Shown: positions 9,762-20,500, counted from the first letter of the stretch. The stretch is 64,000 nucleotides of DNA from Candidatus Pacearchaeota archaeon (GCA_038890875.1 JAWAFA010000001.1:419910-483909); one strand, 5' to 3'. Numbers and translations: made by a program. Notes: generated by a model not told the origin, from the sequence alone.

Positions 9762-11663
9762 TTAAATATCAAGTTCAGCTTCTTTTGCATGTTCAATGAT
9801 GAATTGTTTTCTTGGTTCAACTTTTTCTCCCATCAAAATCGTGAATGTTCTATCAGCTTCGATAGCATCTTCAATAGTAATTTGCTTTAGCTTTCTTGTT
9901 TTTGGGTCAAGTGTTGTTTCCCAAAGCTGTTCTGGGTTCATTTCACCAAGCCCTTTAAATCTCGTTACTTCAGCTTTTTCATCTTTAACTAAATCCTTCA
10001 ATTCATCTTCATTATAAACATAATAATCTTTATTCCCTCTTCTTACCCTATAAAGAGGAGGAACTGCTACATAGATATGCCCATTCTCAATAAGTTGAGG
10101 CATATATCTAAAGAAAAATGTTAGAAGTAATGTTTTAATATGCTGCCCATCGACGTCAGCATCGGTCATTATAATTATTTTACCATATCTAAGCTTTGTT
10201 AAATCAAATTCATCACCAACATTTGTACCAACACTTTTTATTAAGGCAGCTATTTCTTCATTGGCAAAAATTTTATTATGCCCTGCTTTCTCAACATTTA
10301 AAATTTTTCCACGGAGTGGTAATATAGCCTGAAATTCTTTGTTTCTTGCTTGTTTTGCACTACCTCCAGCACTGTCTCCTTCAACAATAAAAAGTTCAGC
10401 AATCTCTTTTTTTGTTGATGAACAATCGGCAAGTTTTCCTGGAAGATTCCCGGCAAAAAGAGCCCCTTTTCTTCTTACGAGCTCCTTAGCTTTTTTTGCC
10501 GCTTCTCTTGCTTTAGCAGCTTCGCTAACTTTTTGTAAGATTCTTTTGGCAATACTTAGATTTTCATCAAAAAATTGTGAAAGTTTATTATTGACAACAC
10601 TTTCAACAATTCCTTTAACCTCACTATTTCCAAGTTTTGTTTTTGTCTGGCCCTCAAACTGTGGATTCGGCAGTTTTACATTTATTATTGCTGTTAATCC
10701 TTCCCTCGTATCATCACCCATAATTTTTATTTTTGATTTTTCATCTGCATAATCGCTTAAAACTTTTGTTAAAGCTGTTTTAAAACCTATGACATGTGTA
10801 CCTCCTTCGATAGTATTAATAGTGTTAACAAAGCTAAAAATATGCTCAGTGTAACCATCAAAATACTGTAAAGCAATTTCTACAAACACTCCATTTTTTT
10901 GATCACTAAAATAAATTGGTTTATGTAAAGGATTTTTCTCTTTGTTCAACCATTCAATAAAATCAATAAGCCCGCCTTTAGAAATAAATCTTTCTTTTTC
11001 TCCAGAAGCCTCATTAATTAACTGTATTTCTAAATCTTTATTTAAAAAACTTAGTTCTTGAAGTCGGATTTTTATTAACTTTTGATCGAAGTTAATCGTT
11101 TTAAAAATTTCTGGATCAGGCCAAAACCTAACTTCTGTTCCTGTTTCATCTGTTGTTCCAATTACTTTAACAGGAGTTAAAGCATTACCTCGCTCATACT
11201 CTTGACAATAAATTTTTCCATCTCTATAAACTTTTACAATCATCTTCTTACTTAGTGCATTTACTACACTTGCTCCAACTCCATGGAGGCCTCCAGAAAT
11301 TGCATATACTTTATGATCAAATTTACCTCCAGCATGTAACATTGTCATCACTGTTTCAAGTGCTGATTTACCTGTTTCTTTGTGAATTTCTACAGGAATC
11401 CCTCGCCCATTATCTTTAACACTAACTGACCCATCTTTATGTAATGTAATTTTAATTGATGTGCAATATCCCGCCATTGCCTCATCAATGCTATTATCAA
11501 CAATCTCCCACATTAAATGATGTAATCCCTCTTTACCAGTGCTTCCTATATACATTGCCGGTCTTCGACGTACTCCTTCTAATCCTTTTAATACTTGTAT
11601 AGCTTCCGCTGTATAAGCTTTTGCTTTTTCTTTTTTTTCTTGTTTTTCTTTTTCGTCGGTCAT
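9762..11663 (-). CDS. gyrB: DNA gyrase subunit B.
   Basis: GHKL ATPase motifs (LHAGGKFD), the Toprim motif EGDSAGGSAKQARNKEFQAILPLRGKILNVEKA, and PLYR. Confidence 0.95.
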   Translation of the reverse strand: MTDEKEKQEKKEKAKAYTAEAIQVLKGLEGVRRRPAMYIGSTGKEGLHHLMWEIVDNSIDEAMAGYCTSIKITLHKDGSVSVKDNGRGIPVEIHKETGKSALETVMTMLHAGGKFDHKVYAISGGLHGVGASVVNALSKKMIVKVYRDGKIYCQEYERGNALTPVKVIGTTDETGTEVRFWPDPEIFKTINFDQKLIKIRLQELSFLNKDLEIQLINEASGEKERFISKGGLIDFIEWLNKEKNPLHKPIYFSDQKNGVFVEIALQYFDGYTEHIFSFVNTINTIEGGTHVIGFKTALTKVLSDYADEKSKIKIMGDDTREGLTAIINVKLPNPQFEGQTKTKLGNSEVKGIVESVVNNKLSQFFDENLSIAKRILQKVSEAAKAREAAKKAKELVRRKGALFAGNLPGKLADCSSTKKEIAELFIVEGDSAGGSAKQARNKEFQAILPLRGKILNVEKAGHNKIFANEEIAALIKSVGTNVGDEFDLTKLRYGKIIIMTDADVDGQHIKTLLLTFFFRYMPQLIENGHIYVAVPPLYRVRRGNKDYYVYNEDELKDLVKDEKAEVTRFKGLGEMNPEQLWETTLDPKTRKLKQITIEDAIEADRTFTILMGEKVEPRKQFIIEHAKEAELDI

Positions 11664-11680
11664 GATAGTCTTAAGTTTTC

Positions 11681-11699
11681 TTTATTTATAAATCTTTCG
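11681..11699 (-). promoter_or_regulatory. BRE + TATA box of the gyrB promoter. In sense orientation it reads CGAAAGA TTTATAAATAAA. The TATA centre is about 24 nt upstream of the ATG (leaderless).
   Basis: Plus-strand 19-mer tttatttataaatctttcg. An identical 19-mer recurs upstream of tuf at 49565-49583. Confidence 0.45.
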
Positions 11700-11771
11700 T
11701 CGATAAAACAGATTTTTCCGTCGAATTTTTTATAAAATGAGAAAAATAGAAGAAAAAAGTTTTTATAATTT

Positions 11772-12440
11772 TTATTTTTCTTCTTCGAGAATCACAGCTT
11801 TAATCTTGACCTTTTCAACTTCTTTTACAAAATTCATCGCATCATTAACATTTCCGACGATTTTTGCATAGTGCATTGGTATAGCTAAAAATGGTTTAAT
11901 CTTTTTAACAAGCTCACTTGCCTCTTTCCAATCCATTGTATAAGTGCCGCCAACTGGTAAGAGCATGATAAGGTTTTTTGCATATTTTGTTAAAACATTT
12001 TGCTCTGGAATGACATCAGTATCCCCAGCATGATAGATACATGCTTCCTTTGTCTTTATTACATAACCAACCCAATCATGAACACGAGGATGAAAATGTT
12101 TATTTATATTATATGCATGAATGCATTCAACTACAAATTTATTTAAATCAAAACTAACTCCTGGCACAGCAATTTTTACATTTATTTTTTGTTCGAGCCT
12201 CATCAATGTACTTTGGCAGTCAGCAGTTGCTACAATTACTGTTCCATCTTTGACTATCTTTTTTAAATCCTCCAAACTCAAATGATCATAATGCTCGTGA
12301 GTTATCAAGATATAGTCTGCCTTTTCATTTTCTGAAGTTTTTGCTATTTTATATGGATCTATATAGACGACGCTCCCACTAATTCTTAATCTAAATCCAG
12401 CATGCCCAAGCCATTCAATTTCTATATCTTTTATTTTCAT
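11772..12440 (-). CDS. MBL-fold metallo-hydrolase.
   Basis: HxHxDH motif in ILITHEHYDHL. 222 aa. Confidence 0.65.
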   Translation of the reverse strand: MKIKDIEIEWLGHAGFRLRISGSVVYIDPYKIAKTSENEKADYILITHEHYDHLSLEDLKKIVKDGTVIVATADCQSTLMRLEQKINVKIAVPGVSFDLNKFVVECIHAYNINKHFHPRVHDWVGYVIKTKEACIYHAGDTDVIPEQNVLTKYAKNLIMLLPVGGTYTMDWKEASELVKKIKPFLAIPMHYAKIVGNVNDAMNFVKEVEKVKIKAVILEEEK

Positions 12441-12458
12441 TTTGCTTTTTCTGCTTTT

Positions 12459-12809
12459 TTATCTTCCTGCTTTCCAAAATAAAATACTGGAAATTAGTAA
12501 CAAAATAAATGACTCAAGCCTAAAAGAAAATAGAGCTAACATAGCGATGACAAGTAAATAAAACCAACCTTTTAATTTTCGATATACTCTAATCAACGCT
12601 CCAAGTAAAATCACACTTAAAAAAATCCAAAATAAAGATAAAAAAGTTAAGCTGTTTTTTAAAGTTCCGGCATCAATGCCAGCAATTGTTGCCCCAGTTA
12701 TTAGTTCAGAGCCATACGCTAGGCCAATTATTGCATTTACTAATAAAAAAAATAATGCAAACAAGCTTAAAACAATACCGGCAATAAAATATCCTCTTTT
12801 TGTTTCCAT
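12459..12809 (-). CDS. Small integral membrane protein (3-4 TM), unknown function.
   Basis: Hydrophobic segments and codon usage consistent with neighbours. No recognisable motif. Confidence 0.3.
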   Translation of the reverse strand: METKRGYFIAGIVLSLFALFFLLVNAIIGLAYGSELITGATIAGIDAGTLKNSLTFLSLFWIFLSVILLGALIRVYRKLKGWFYLLVIAMLALFSFRLESFILLLISSILFWKAGR

Positions 12810-12855
12810 TATTTATTTATCTTTTCTTATTTAAATTTTTATCTAATCTTTTTCT

Positions 12856-13176
12856 TTATTCATTCTCAACTTCTTCGCTTCTTTCATCTTCCCTTTCATC
12901 AGCCCCTTCATTATTACTTTCACTACCTTTTATAATCTCTTCGCTCTCCGAAAGTAATCTTTGCATAATTTCTTTATCACCCATTTTCTCATTTCTATAT
13001 TTCAATGTTCTTACAATCGCAGCAACAGCAATTCTTTTTACATCAACTTTCAAATCAAGTTGGTCAAGAATAGCTTCGAGTACTTTTTCCTCACTAACCG
13101 CTGGATGTTCCTTACAATAATTTAATGTTTTTGAAGCTGCATTAACAATTATCATTTTTATTTTCTCTGATCTCAT
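12856..13176 (-). CDS. Hypothetical protein with an acidic C-terminal tail.
   Basis: 106-aa ORF. C-terminus EGADEREDERSEEVENE. The overlapping plus-strand ORF is a low-complexity shadow. Confidence 0.3.
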   Translation of the reverse strand: MRSEKIKMIIVNAASKTLNYCKEHPAVSEEKVLEAILDQLDLKVDVKRIAVAAIVRTLKYRNEKMGDKEIMQRLLSESEEIIKGSESNNEGADEREDERSEEVENE

Positions 13177-13223
13177 TTTATTTATCTAACTATATATTTT
13201 AAAAATATTTTGATATTTTATTT

Positions 13224-13541
13224 TCATTTCTCTTTATTCTCAATTTTCTTTTTTAATTTTTTCAAAGTTCCACTGACATAAACACATTCTGGTCTAGATT
13301 CGCAAAGCAATAATGCCCCTCTTGCTTGACTTAAATACTTTCTATGAATGCTTAGAATTAAAAATTTAGGCCTGCCTATGTTAATAAAAAAAGGTCTTGC
13401 CCTGGCATAATTGACAATCCCGACAAAAAGAAGAAATCCATTCTTAATCTCTTGTTTTACTTTTTCTTTTGATCCTTTATATTTAATAAGCAGATATCTT
13501 CGCGGTTCTTTCCAACTTGGCAAGATTTTCATAAAATGCAA
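13224..13541 (-). CDS. Hypothetical basic protein.
   Basis: 105 aa, K/R-rich. No confident family match. Confidence 0.25.
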   Translation of the reverse strand: MHFMKILPSWKEPRRYLLIKYKGSKEKVKQEIKNGFLLFVGIVNYARARPFFINIGRPKFLILSIHRKYLSQARGALLLCESRPECVYVSGTLKKLKKKIENKEK

Positions 13542-13599
13542 GAATAAGAATATTTAAATATTTTGCATTAATATAATCTTTTTTGCCATTCGCATATTG

Positions 13600-14616
13600 C
13601 TAAAGTTTTGCTCTTTCAAATATCCACGGCTTATAGATAGGAAAAAGTGTTACTTTCCAAGCTTCTACTTTATACTTTTTAGCTAATTCTCTTGCTTTCT
13701 CCACGCTTGTTTCAGCTAAATTATGCCCTTTATAATGCACTTTCCACTTTTCTGCCAATTTTTTATTACATTTAACTTCACCATAAACAAGATAACCATA
13801 TTTGTTTATTTTTTGCCAAGGTCGCTTTATGTTTTTAACTCTCCGCTTCAATCTTTCTACAAGCTGTAGCATAAATTTTGTTTTTACAGAACAAAAATGT
13901 GCATTAACACTTTTTCTTGCAGCATACTGCAAAATTTTTTCTCCTAATTCAAGTGAGCCTTTTACAGCATAGCTCTCGCCAATAGGCTTAAATCCATGCT
14001 TTCTCATCTCTTGCCAATTTGTTTCTGAAAACTCAAATTCATTTAAGTTAAGAAATACTTGCTTAATTTTACTTATCTTTGCACAAAAATCGACTATCTC
14101 TTTTAATTTTTTCTCATTTCCAGGAATGCAGGGAGTTTCAATGCCAACATTAAAACCAAACTTCACGGCTTCTTTAATCTTATTTGGTAAGAATGAGTGA
14201 AATCTGAGTTCATCTAAACCAGCATTTTCAAGAAGCCGCAAAACATGTTGATTAATAGTGTAGCCATAAGTATAAAGATGAACATGAAATGGTTTAAACC
14301 TTTTTTTAAAATATCGAATGTAGGTTAAAGTTTTATTTATAATTTGTGTATTCAATAAAGGTTCACCGCCAGTTATGCTCATCCCTAATGCGTTCATTTC
14401 TCTTGCTTCTCTTAAAGCATCAACAAAGTTTTTTACTGGTCTCTCGTTAGCATAAACTACATTCTTACCTTTTCTCTCGTCTGAGATAGGGCAATACCAG
14501 CATTTTAACTTGCATCTTCCAGTAACAAAAAGCACCATTTTTGCACCTTTCCAACATAACCTACAACCTTCGGGAAGAAAGTTATAAATAGAGCTAAACT
14601 TATTTTTGAATAGCAT
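13600..14616 (-). CDS. Radical SAM enzyme, PflA-like; probable AmmeMemoRadiSam-system radical SAM.
   Basis: CxxxCxxC in VLFVTGRCKLKCWYCP followed by the GGEPL glycine-rich SAM motif. An AMMECR1 gene lies two genes upstream on the same strand. Confidence 0.7.
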   Translation of the reverse strand: MLFKNKFSSIYNFLPEGCRLCWKGAKMVLFVTGRCKLKCWYCPISDERKGKNVVYANERPVKNFVDALREAREMNALGMSITGGEPLLNTQIINKTLTYIRYFKKRFKPFHVHLYTYGYTINQHVLRLLENAGLDELRFHSFLPNKIKEAVKFGFNVGIETPCIPGNEKKLKEIVDFCAKISKIKQVFLNLNEFEFSETNWQEMRKHGFKPIGESYAVKGSLELGEKILQYAARKSVNAHFCSVKTKFMLQLVERLKRRVKNIKRPWQKINKYGYLVYGEVKCNKKLAEKWKVHYKGHNLAETSVEKARELAKKYKVEAWKVTLFPIYKPWIFERAKL

Positions 14617-14617
14617 A

Positions 14618-15457
14618 CTAAATCTTTAGAAGCCTTTTTACTCTTTCTTCAACAGGTGGGTGGGTTGAAAAAAGTTTTACAAATCCGCTTGCTGAAAATG
14701 GACTTATTATAAATAAATTCTCCGTTGATTCAAAACCTAGAGCCTTGCTTGATGGAATTTTTGCCTGTCTTTCAAGTTTTAAAAGTGCATTTGCTAAAGG
14801 TTTACCTTTTCCTATTAACTTTGCTCCACTCTCGTCAGCTAAAAATTCACGACTGCGGCTTATGGCCAGCTGTATCAATAAAGCTGCAAAAGGAGCAATA
14901 ATTGCTATTATAAGCAAGGCAATCAAATTTATTATCCCTTCTCTACCTTCACCTTCTAATCCCCCAAAAATGAGGTTCCATCTTAACATTGCTGCAAGAT
15001 ACATTATTACTCCCGCAAGCACGCTAGCTATCGTTGCTATTAAAATATCTCTATTTTTAACATGACTTAACTCATGACTTATAACCCCAAGCAATTCTTC
15101 TTTGCTTAACATCTCAATAATCTTCTTTGTTACAACAACTGCAGAATGCTCAGGATTTCTACCAGTAGCGAATGCGTTAGCAATTGGAAATTCGCTTACG
15201 CACAATTTTGGCATAGGTATTCCCGCCTTTTTAGCAAGCTTTTCTGTTTCTGCATAGAGCCAATGTCCTTTTGGCAATGGTCTTGCTCTATACAAAAACA
15301 ACACTACCTTATCAGAAAAATAATAACTAAAAAAATTCATTGCAAGAACAAAGATAAAAGCAACTAAGAGTCCAACCTTACCAAAAATACTTCCTATAGC
15401 TAAAACTATAGCAGTTAAAATAAAGAGCAATAAAAATGTTTTAATACGACTATCCAT
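14618..15457 (-). CDS. htpX: HtpX-like M48 zinc metalloprotease (membrane).
   Basis: N-terminal TM helices. HExxH in ISHELSHVKNRD. C-terminal ERVKRL-type tail typical of HtpX. Confidence 0.7.
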   Translation of the reverse strand: MDSRIKTFLLLFILTAIVLAIGSIFGKVGLLVAFIFVLAMNFFSYYFSDKVVLFLYRARPLPKGHWLYAETEKLAKKAGIPMPKLCVSEFPIANAFATGRNPEHSAVVVTKKIIEMLSKEELLGVISHELSHVKNRDILIATIASVLAGVIMYLAAMLRWNLIFGGLEGEGREGIINLIALLIIAIIAPFAALLIQLAISRSREFLADESGAKLIGKGKPLANALLKLERQAKIPSSKALGFESTENLFIISPFSASGFVKLFSTHPPVEERVKRLLKI

Positions 15458-15501
15458 AATTAAATTTTTGTTTTTTATTTTTAAAGCTTACGATTAACAA
15501 A

Positions 15502-16065
15502 TTAAAACCACTCTCCTTCAAAACGAAAGATTTTTGTATCTTTATCTTGCCAGGCATCCTTGTTCAATCCAGCCTTAAGGCAGGTTTGTTGTAGAAATGT
15601 TAAGGCATCAAAACTATGTTCAATTGCAACTTGTGGTAAAAGCAAACCACTCTGTTCTAACCTTAAATTATTTACGATTAACCCATGCTTTCCAATTTGA
15701 ATACTCTCAAATAATTCTTTAATTTTTTTTGTTTTTATTTCCTCTGGCGTAGAAAGTAAGGTTATCTCGATTTTAATTTTTTCTAATTCCTCTTTTGTTA
15801 GCGGCATAAACCTCGGATCATTGAAAGCGGCTAATTTTGCTGCTTGGATAATAGATCTACCTAAAGGTCTAACTATAGGGAAACCAATACAGCCACGGAG
15901 TTCTTCTTTAATTTTCAAAGTTACGAAGACGCCAGCAGAATATCTATCTAATTCTTTACTTAACATCTTTATTTTTTCAATTTCATTTTTAGTCGGATCA
16001 AGTTCATTTTTTATTGCAAGCAATGCTAATTCCTTAGCTTTTTCTCTTTCAATTTTAGTGAGCAT
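15502..16065 (-). CDS. AMMECR1 domain protein.
   Basis: GVFVTLK...LRGCIGFPIV...NDPRF matches the conserved AMMECR1 core, including CIG. Confidence 0.75.
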   Translation of the reverse strand: MLTKIEREKAKELALLAIKNELDPTKNEIEKIKMLSKELDRYSAGVFVTLKIKEELRGCIGFPIVRPLGRSIIQAAKLAAFNDPRFMPLTKEELEKIKIEITLLSTPEEIKTKKIKELFESIQIGKHGLIVNNLRLEQSGLLLPQVAIEHSFDALTFLQQTCLKAGLNKDAWQDKDTKIFRFEGEWF

Positions 16066-16176
16066 GTTTATATTAAGTTATGATAGCTTAAATATTTTAT
16101 TGTTATTTAATAGTAACAAAAAGATTTATAAACTCAAATTTATTATTATTTAATAGTAACAAAATTAAACCCTGAG

Positions 16177-16863
16177 TTGGAAATGAAATCAAGAAAAAAT
16201 ACTATCAAAGATAAAAGCTATTTTTATGGCCTATCTGTTTTATTTAAATCGCTTTATGCTGCCAATATCCCTGCCGTCTTAGTTGGAGGCACAGCTGTCC
16301 AAGTAAGAATTGCTCGCGCTTTGGCTAAACATAATAATAGCAAGCCAGACATCTCGAAAATTAATGACATTGAAAAATATCTAAGACCGACGAATGACTA
16401 TGATATCTGTGCTTTAAGTAAAGATGACGCGCTCCAAAAAGTAATCCAAGGATTAAATATTGAAGAAGAAATTGATGATGAAATTTATCAAATCGAAGTT
16501 AGTCGAAATGGAATTGTCAAGCCAAAAATCAAAGTTTATAGCTTAAATGGTGCTTATAATGAAACTGAGATTGTATTAAATTTTTCAAGAAATGCTAGCA
16601 ATACAAATTTTTTTAAAGATTATTATGATGAAATGATTTTTTCTGGAGAGGAGATTAGTTTATTTAACGAGCAATTAAAAGCTGAAATTACTGTAGCTAA
16701 ACCAGAATATATTGTTGCGGCAAAACTTATGAGGGGAAAAGAAAGAGATTTTCATGATATTAACCTTTTACTCAACTTTGAAAAAATCGATAAACAAGAA
16801 TTAGCAAGGATTATGAAGCATGAAATTTATCGTTTTGAGAACTTAACCGATCTAAATCATTAA
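16177..16863 (+). CDS. Nucleotidyltransferase-fold protein (minimal NTase, possibly AbiEii/DUF1814-like).
   Basis: Glycine-rich VLVGGTAV followed by DYDI (GS...DxD arrangement of pol-beta-like NTases). Confidence 0.3.
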   Translation: MEMKSRKNTIKDKSYFYGLSVLFKSLYAANIPAVLVGGTAVQVRIARALAKHNNSKPDISKINDIEKYLRPTNDYDICALSKDDALQKVIQGLNIEEEIDDEIYQIEVSRNGIVKPKIKVYSLNGAYNETEIVLNFSRNASNTNFFKDYYDEMIFSGEEISLFNEQLKAEITVAKPEYIVAAKLMRGKERDFHDINLLLNFEKIDKQELARIMKHEIYRFENLTDLNH

Positions 16864-17560
16864 CCAATTCATCGATGAATTGTTCAAGATATTCGAGAAT
16901 AACAAGTCCACTATAATTTTTTTCTTTCAAATTTTCAAGAAATTTTTCAATTGGCAAATCTCCCATCGCTATTGGTAAATGCTTCTTTGGACCCTGATTT
17001 TTATTCAGTCGGTTGTAATACTTATTACTTAAATGTACTACTTTTATTTTTTCTCTGTATTTATTAAATTCTTCTATTATGTCAACATCTCGTGTATGGC
17101 TTATATCATAAGTCATACTAATAAAATCGAAGTTTAAATTAAAAATTTGTTCTGGCGTGTTAATCCATCTTCTTCTTTTCTTTTCAAAATTTTCATAACA
17201 CAGGACTATACCGAGGTTTCTTATAGCTTGCGCTTTATTTTTTAAAGCTTCAAGTGCAAAATAATAACTCTCATTTCGTGGATTTAATGTAAAAATCTTA
17301 ACCTCGTAGTTTTGCTTAATCTGGGCTATTACATTAATAAACTCCTCATTAAAAACATCAATATTAGGTAAATGTGCTGAGATTATGTTAATATCATAGT
17401 CTTTTATTATTCTCCTTACCTTATCATGGGGAGTAGCTTTAAAGTCTTCAAGTTTGTGAAAAGAAATTTCAACTGCTTTACCCTTAAATCTCTCGAGCTT
17501 TTTTTCTAATCTTTCTGCATTCCGATCAGGATAAATAAATATTGATGCGCCAAATTTCAT
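16811..17560 (-). CDS. TIM-barrel sugar phosphate isomerase/epimerase-like (xylose isomerase-like fold).
   Basis: 249 aa with alternating beta/alpha pattern and conserved acidic/His positions typical of the AP-endonuclease-2/xylose-isomerase-like superfamily. Weak. Confidence 0.35.
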   Translation of the reverse strand: MKFGASIFIYPDRNAERLEKKLERFKGKAVEISFHKLEDFKATPHDKVRRIIKDYDINIISAHLPNIDVFNEEFINVIAQIKQNYEVKIFTLNPRNESYYFALEALKNKAQAIRNLGIVLCYENFEKKRRRWINTPEQIFNLNFDFISMTYDISHTRDVDIIEEFNKYREKIKVVHLSNKYYNRLNKNQGPKKHLPIAMGDLPIEKFLENLKEKNYSGLVILEYLEQFIDELVNDLDRLSSQNDKFHAS

Positions 17561-17569
17561 TTTATATTT

Positions 17570-20500
17570 TTAATGGCGCACTTTTTTCACTATTATTGCC
17601 ACGGCTAGGATTACTATGATTAAACCAAGTAAAGCAATTATAGCAATATGCCAGTTGCTTTTTAACCAACCTATTACCCCACCAGTTACTGGGATTATGG
17701 GTAATCTGTCGACAAATAAGCCAATTATTGCTGCAGAGTCTACCAACGCTACTACTTTTCCATTCTCTTTATCCCAAACACTCTCTATTTTCCTCCATCC
17801 ACCACCTTCATAATTATAGATAAACAAGTTAGCTCCTTCAGCGAACTCCTCATTGATCTTTATTATTAACTCTACATCTTCACCGAATCTCACAGCTGGC
17901 GTAAACTTGTACGCTCGCACTAAATAAACATCTTGTGGCAATGTTGGAAGCAGCGTTAAATCAGTGATTTTTTCAATTTTTATAGTATTTGGATCGATTT
18001 TATTATTATTGTTATTTACTACCTCTATACTTGATAGTAGCCTCACTATTACTAATCTATCATCACTTTTTATTTCAATAGCCTTAACTTTTGGTTTTGG
18101 CGTTGTTGTAACTGTTAAATTTGGAATAATTTTGCAATCTTGCGGGCAATAAACACTTTCATTGCCTTCACAAATGTTATTGCCACATATTGGCGCTACG
18201 AGAGCTTCTCTTCCTCCTCCACCTCTTTCCTCTACTATCTTTTGCACAACTCTAAAACTAATTGTGCTCCATGCTGAAGTTCCGTGAACATCAGTAACCT
18301 TTACTTTGGCAATATACCTTCCTGGATTGTTATACGTATGAGTTGCTGTTGAAACATTTATTGCACTATAATCAAATGTCCCATCATTTGTCCAGTCCCA
18401 TTCATATGTTATATTATCATTTGTATTAAATTGTCCTCCTATTAATGCATTGAATGAAATCGATTCATCTTCATAATAAGGAGATGGGCTTGTGATAACA
18501 ATTCTTACAGATGGTAATGCAGAACTATTACTTAAGTTTAGTGGGGTGTTATTTGTTGCATTATAAGTGAAATTTGTTGTTATTATAGTACCATTATAAA
18601 GAACATTATCAGTAACATTTGCATCTATTAATGTCGCATTTCCGAGTGTTGAATTTGTTATAATTGTATTGGTTGCCGTTATATTCTCTAAATCAGAATT
18701 AATAACAGTACTATTATTTAAACTTGAATTATTTATTGTTGAATTTGTGACGTTGGAATCATTGAGCATAGAGTTTGTAATTGTTGAATTGTTTGTTGTT
18801 GAATTTGTTAAAGTTGAGTTTTCAATCTCAGAGTTTTCTACAGTTGAATTTATGAGCATTGAATTTGCAACTATTGAATCGCTAATATTACTATAATCCA
18901 AATTTGAGCTTTCAATTGTTGAGTTACTAATATTTGAATAGGTGATATTCGATTCGTTTATTATAGCCTTATCAACATTGGAGTATGTTATATTTGAATA
19001 ACTAACGTTGGAGTAAGTAACATTTGACTGATATGTGTGTGAGTTCGTTAAGTTTGAACCAGTTAAGTTGTTAGTTGGTTGTGGGGGGTCATAGATGCCA
19101 TCAGCAAGATAGCAGTTTGAAGCTATTATACCTTTAACTGTTGCATTGATTACCGTACAATTATTTAAAATTGAATTATTAATTATTGATGCTGTCGCAT
19201 TTACAGCCGTTAGCCAGGAATTTTCTACAGTTGAATTATCTATATTTGAATCTAAGATTAAAATATCCTCATTAAAGTTACCTCCAGCTGATGCTTTAAT
19301 GGTTGAGAAATTCTTTATTATTGAATCATTTATATTATTAAATATTCCTGTTGACTGACTCACATAGAATGTGCCGTTCACTGTCGAATTAAATATCCAG
19401 CCAGTGTCAAGAGTTACTACACTTGTTGTTGTTGATGTAATATTACTAATGCTTGTATTTGAATTGCTTGTTGCAATTACATTTACAATATAAACCCCTG
19501 GATTGGAATCACTAACAGTGAGACTAACTATATAACTTCCCCCTTGATTTAACATAGGAGTTGTTGTTTCATTCAAAATTGCTTGATCAGCATTATTAAT
19601 ATTTTGTATTGTTAAATTAAAGTTGTCTTGAGTATCGCCGATGTTTGTTATATTTATTGTATAAATGGCTGGCTCAAGTAAGCCGACAGTTTGTGATGAT
19701 GGAGTTGCTGTTATGCTTACACCATAGTCTGGAACTGGATTAACTGTTACAATAATAGTGTCATTTGCACTGTATTCGCCATCCGATGCTATAAGTGTAA
19801 CCTCAGCAATTCCATTCCAATTTGGATTTGCTGTTATATTAACTCTTGTGCCAACAAATGTGACGATAACATTACTATTATTTGAAGTAAATGAATAAAC
19901 TAATGTTGCATTATCAACATCCGCAAAGTAATTTGTCATGTCAAGGCTATCATTGTAACTATCTTCGTCGAAAGTTACATCTGGAATTAAGGTGATTAAG
20001 TAAGGAGCATCATTTACAGGGACAACATTTATTGTAACCGTGGCTATATTACTATTAGCTTCTCCATCATTAGCAACATATGTAAAGCTATCTATACCAT
20101 TAAAGTTTGCATTTGGTATATATGTGAAGGAACCGTCAGAGTTGAGAGTTAAGACACCATTGGAGACGTTTGTTACTAAGATTGCTGAAAGTATATCAAT
20201 ATCAATATCAGAATCATTAACTAATAACCCTTGAGCTGTGGGAACAGTTAAGATGTTATCCTCATTTGTGTTATAAACATCATTTTGTATAACTGGAGGC
20301 GTATTTTTTATATCTTTTACTACTGTTATATTACCAGAAAACTCTATTCCATCAAACGCGCCAGCAATTACCAACACATCATCATTTTTATTACAGCCAG
20401 CTGAGGTTAAGCAGTCGAATGTATTATTCGTAGACCAGGTTTGTAATATAACTCCTGTTGCATTATTTCTAAATTCATAATAATAAGTGATAATATCACC

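Noticed and set aside
12800-13120. Plus-strand 106-aa Ser/Leu-rich ORF.
   Set aside because: Low-complexity translation lying antisense to the better-supported minus-strand ORF 12856..13176; typical shadow ORF in AT-rich DNA.
13224-13541. Possible GIY-YIG or DUF123 nuclease assignment for the 105-aa basic protein.
   Set aside because: The GIY...YIG and DUF123 (GSA...HWHIDY) signatures could not be aligned convincingly; left as hypothetical.
18669-18896. Plus-strand ORFs with repetitive VEF/IEF peptides inside the giant gene (also 19146..19358, 20040..20234, 22358..22612, 17616..18152).
   Set aside because: Antisense reading of the NST-repeat tract and other parts of the 1923-aa CDS, not independent genes. 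The DNA repeats are coding tandem repeats, not a CRISPR array (no spacers of unique sequence and constant repeat).
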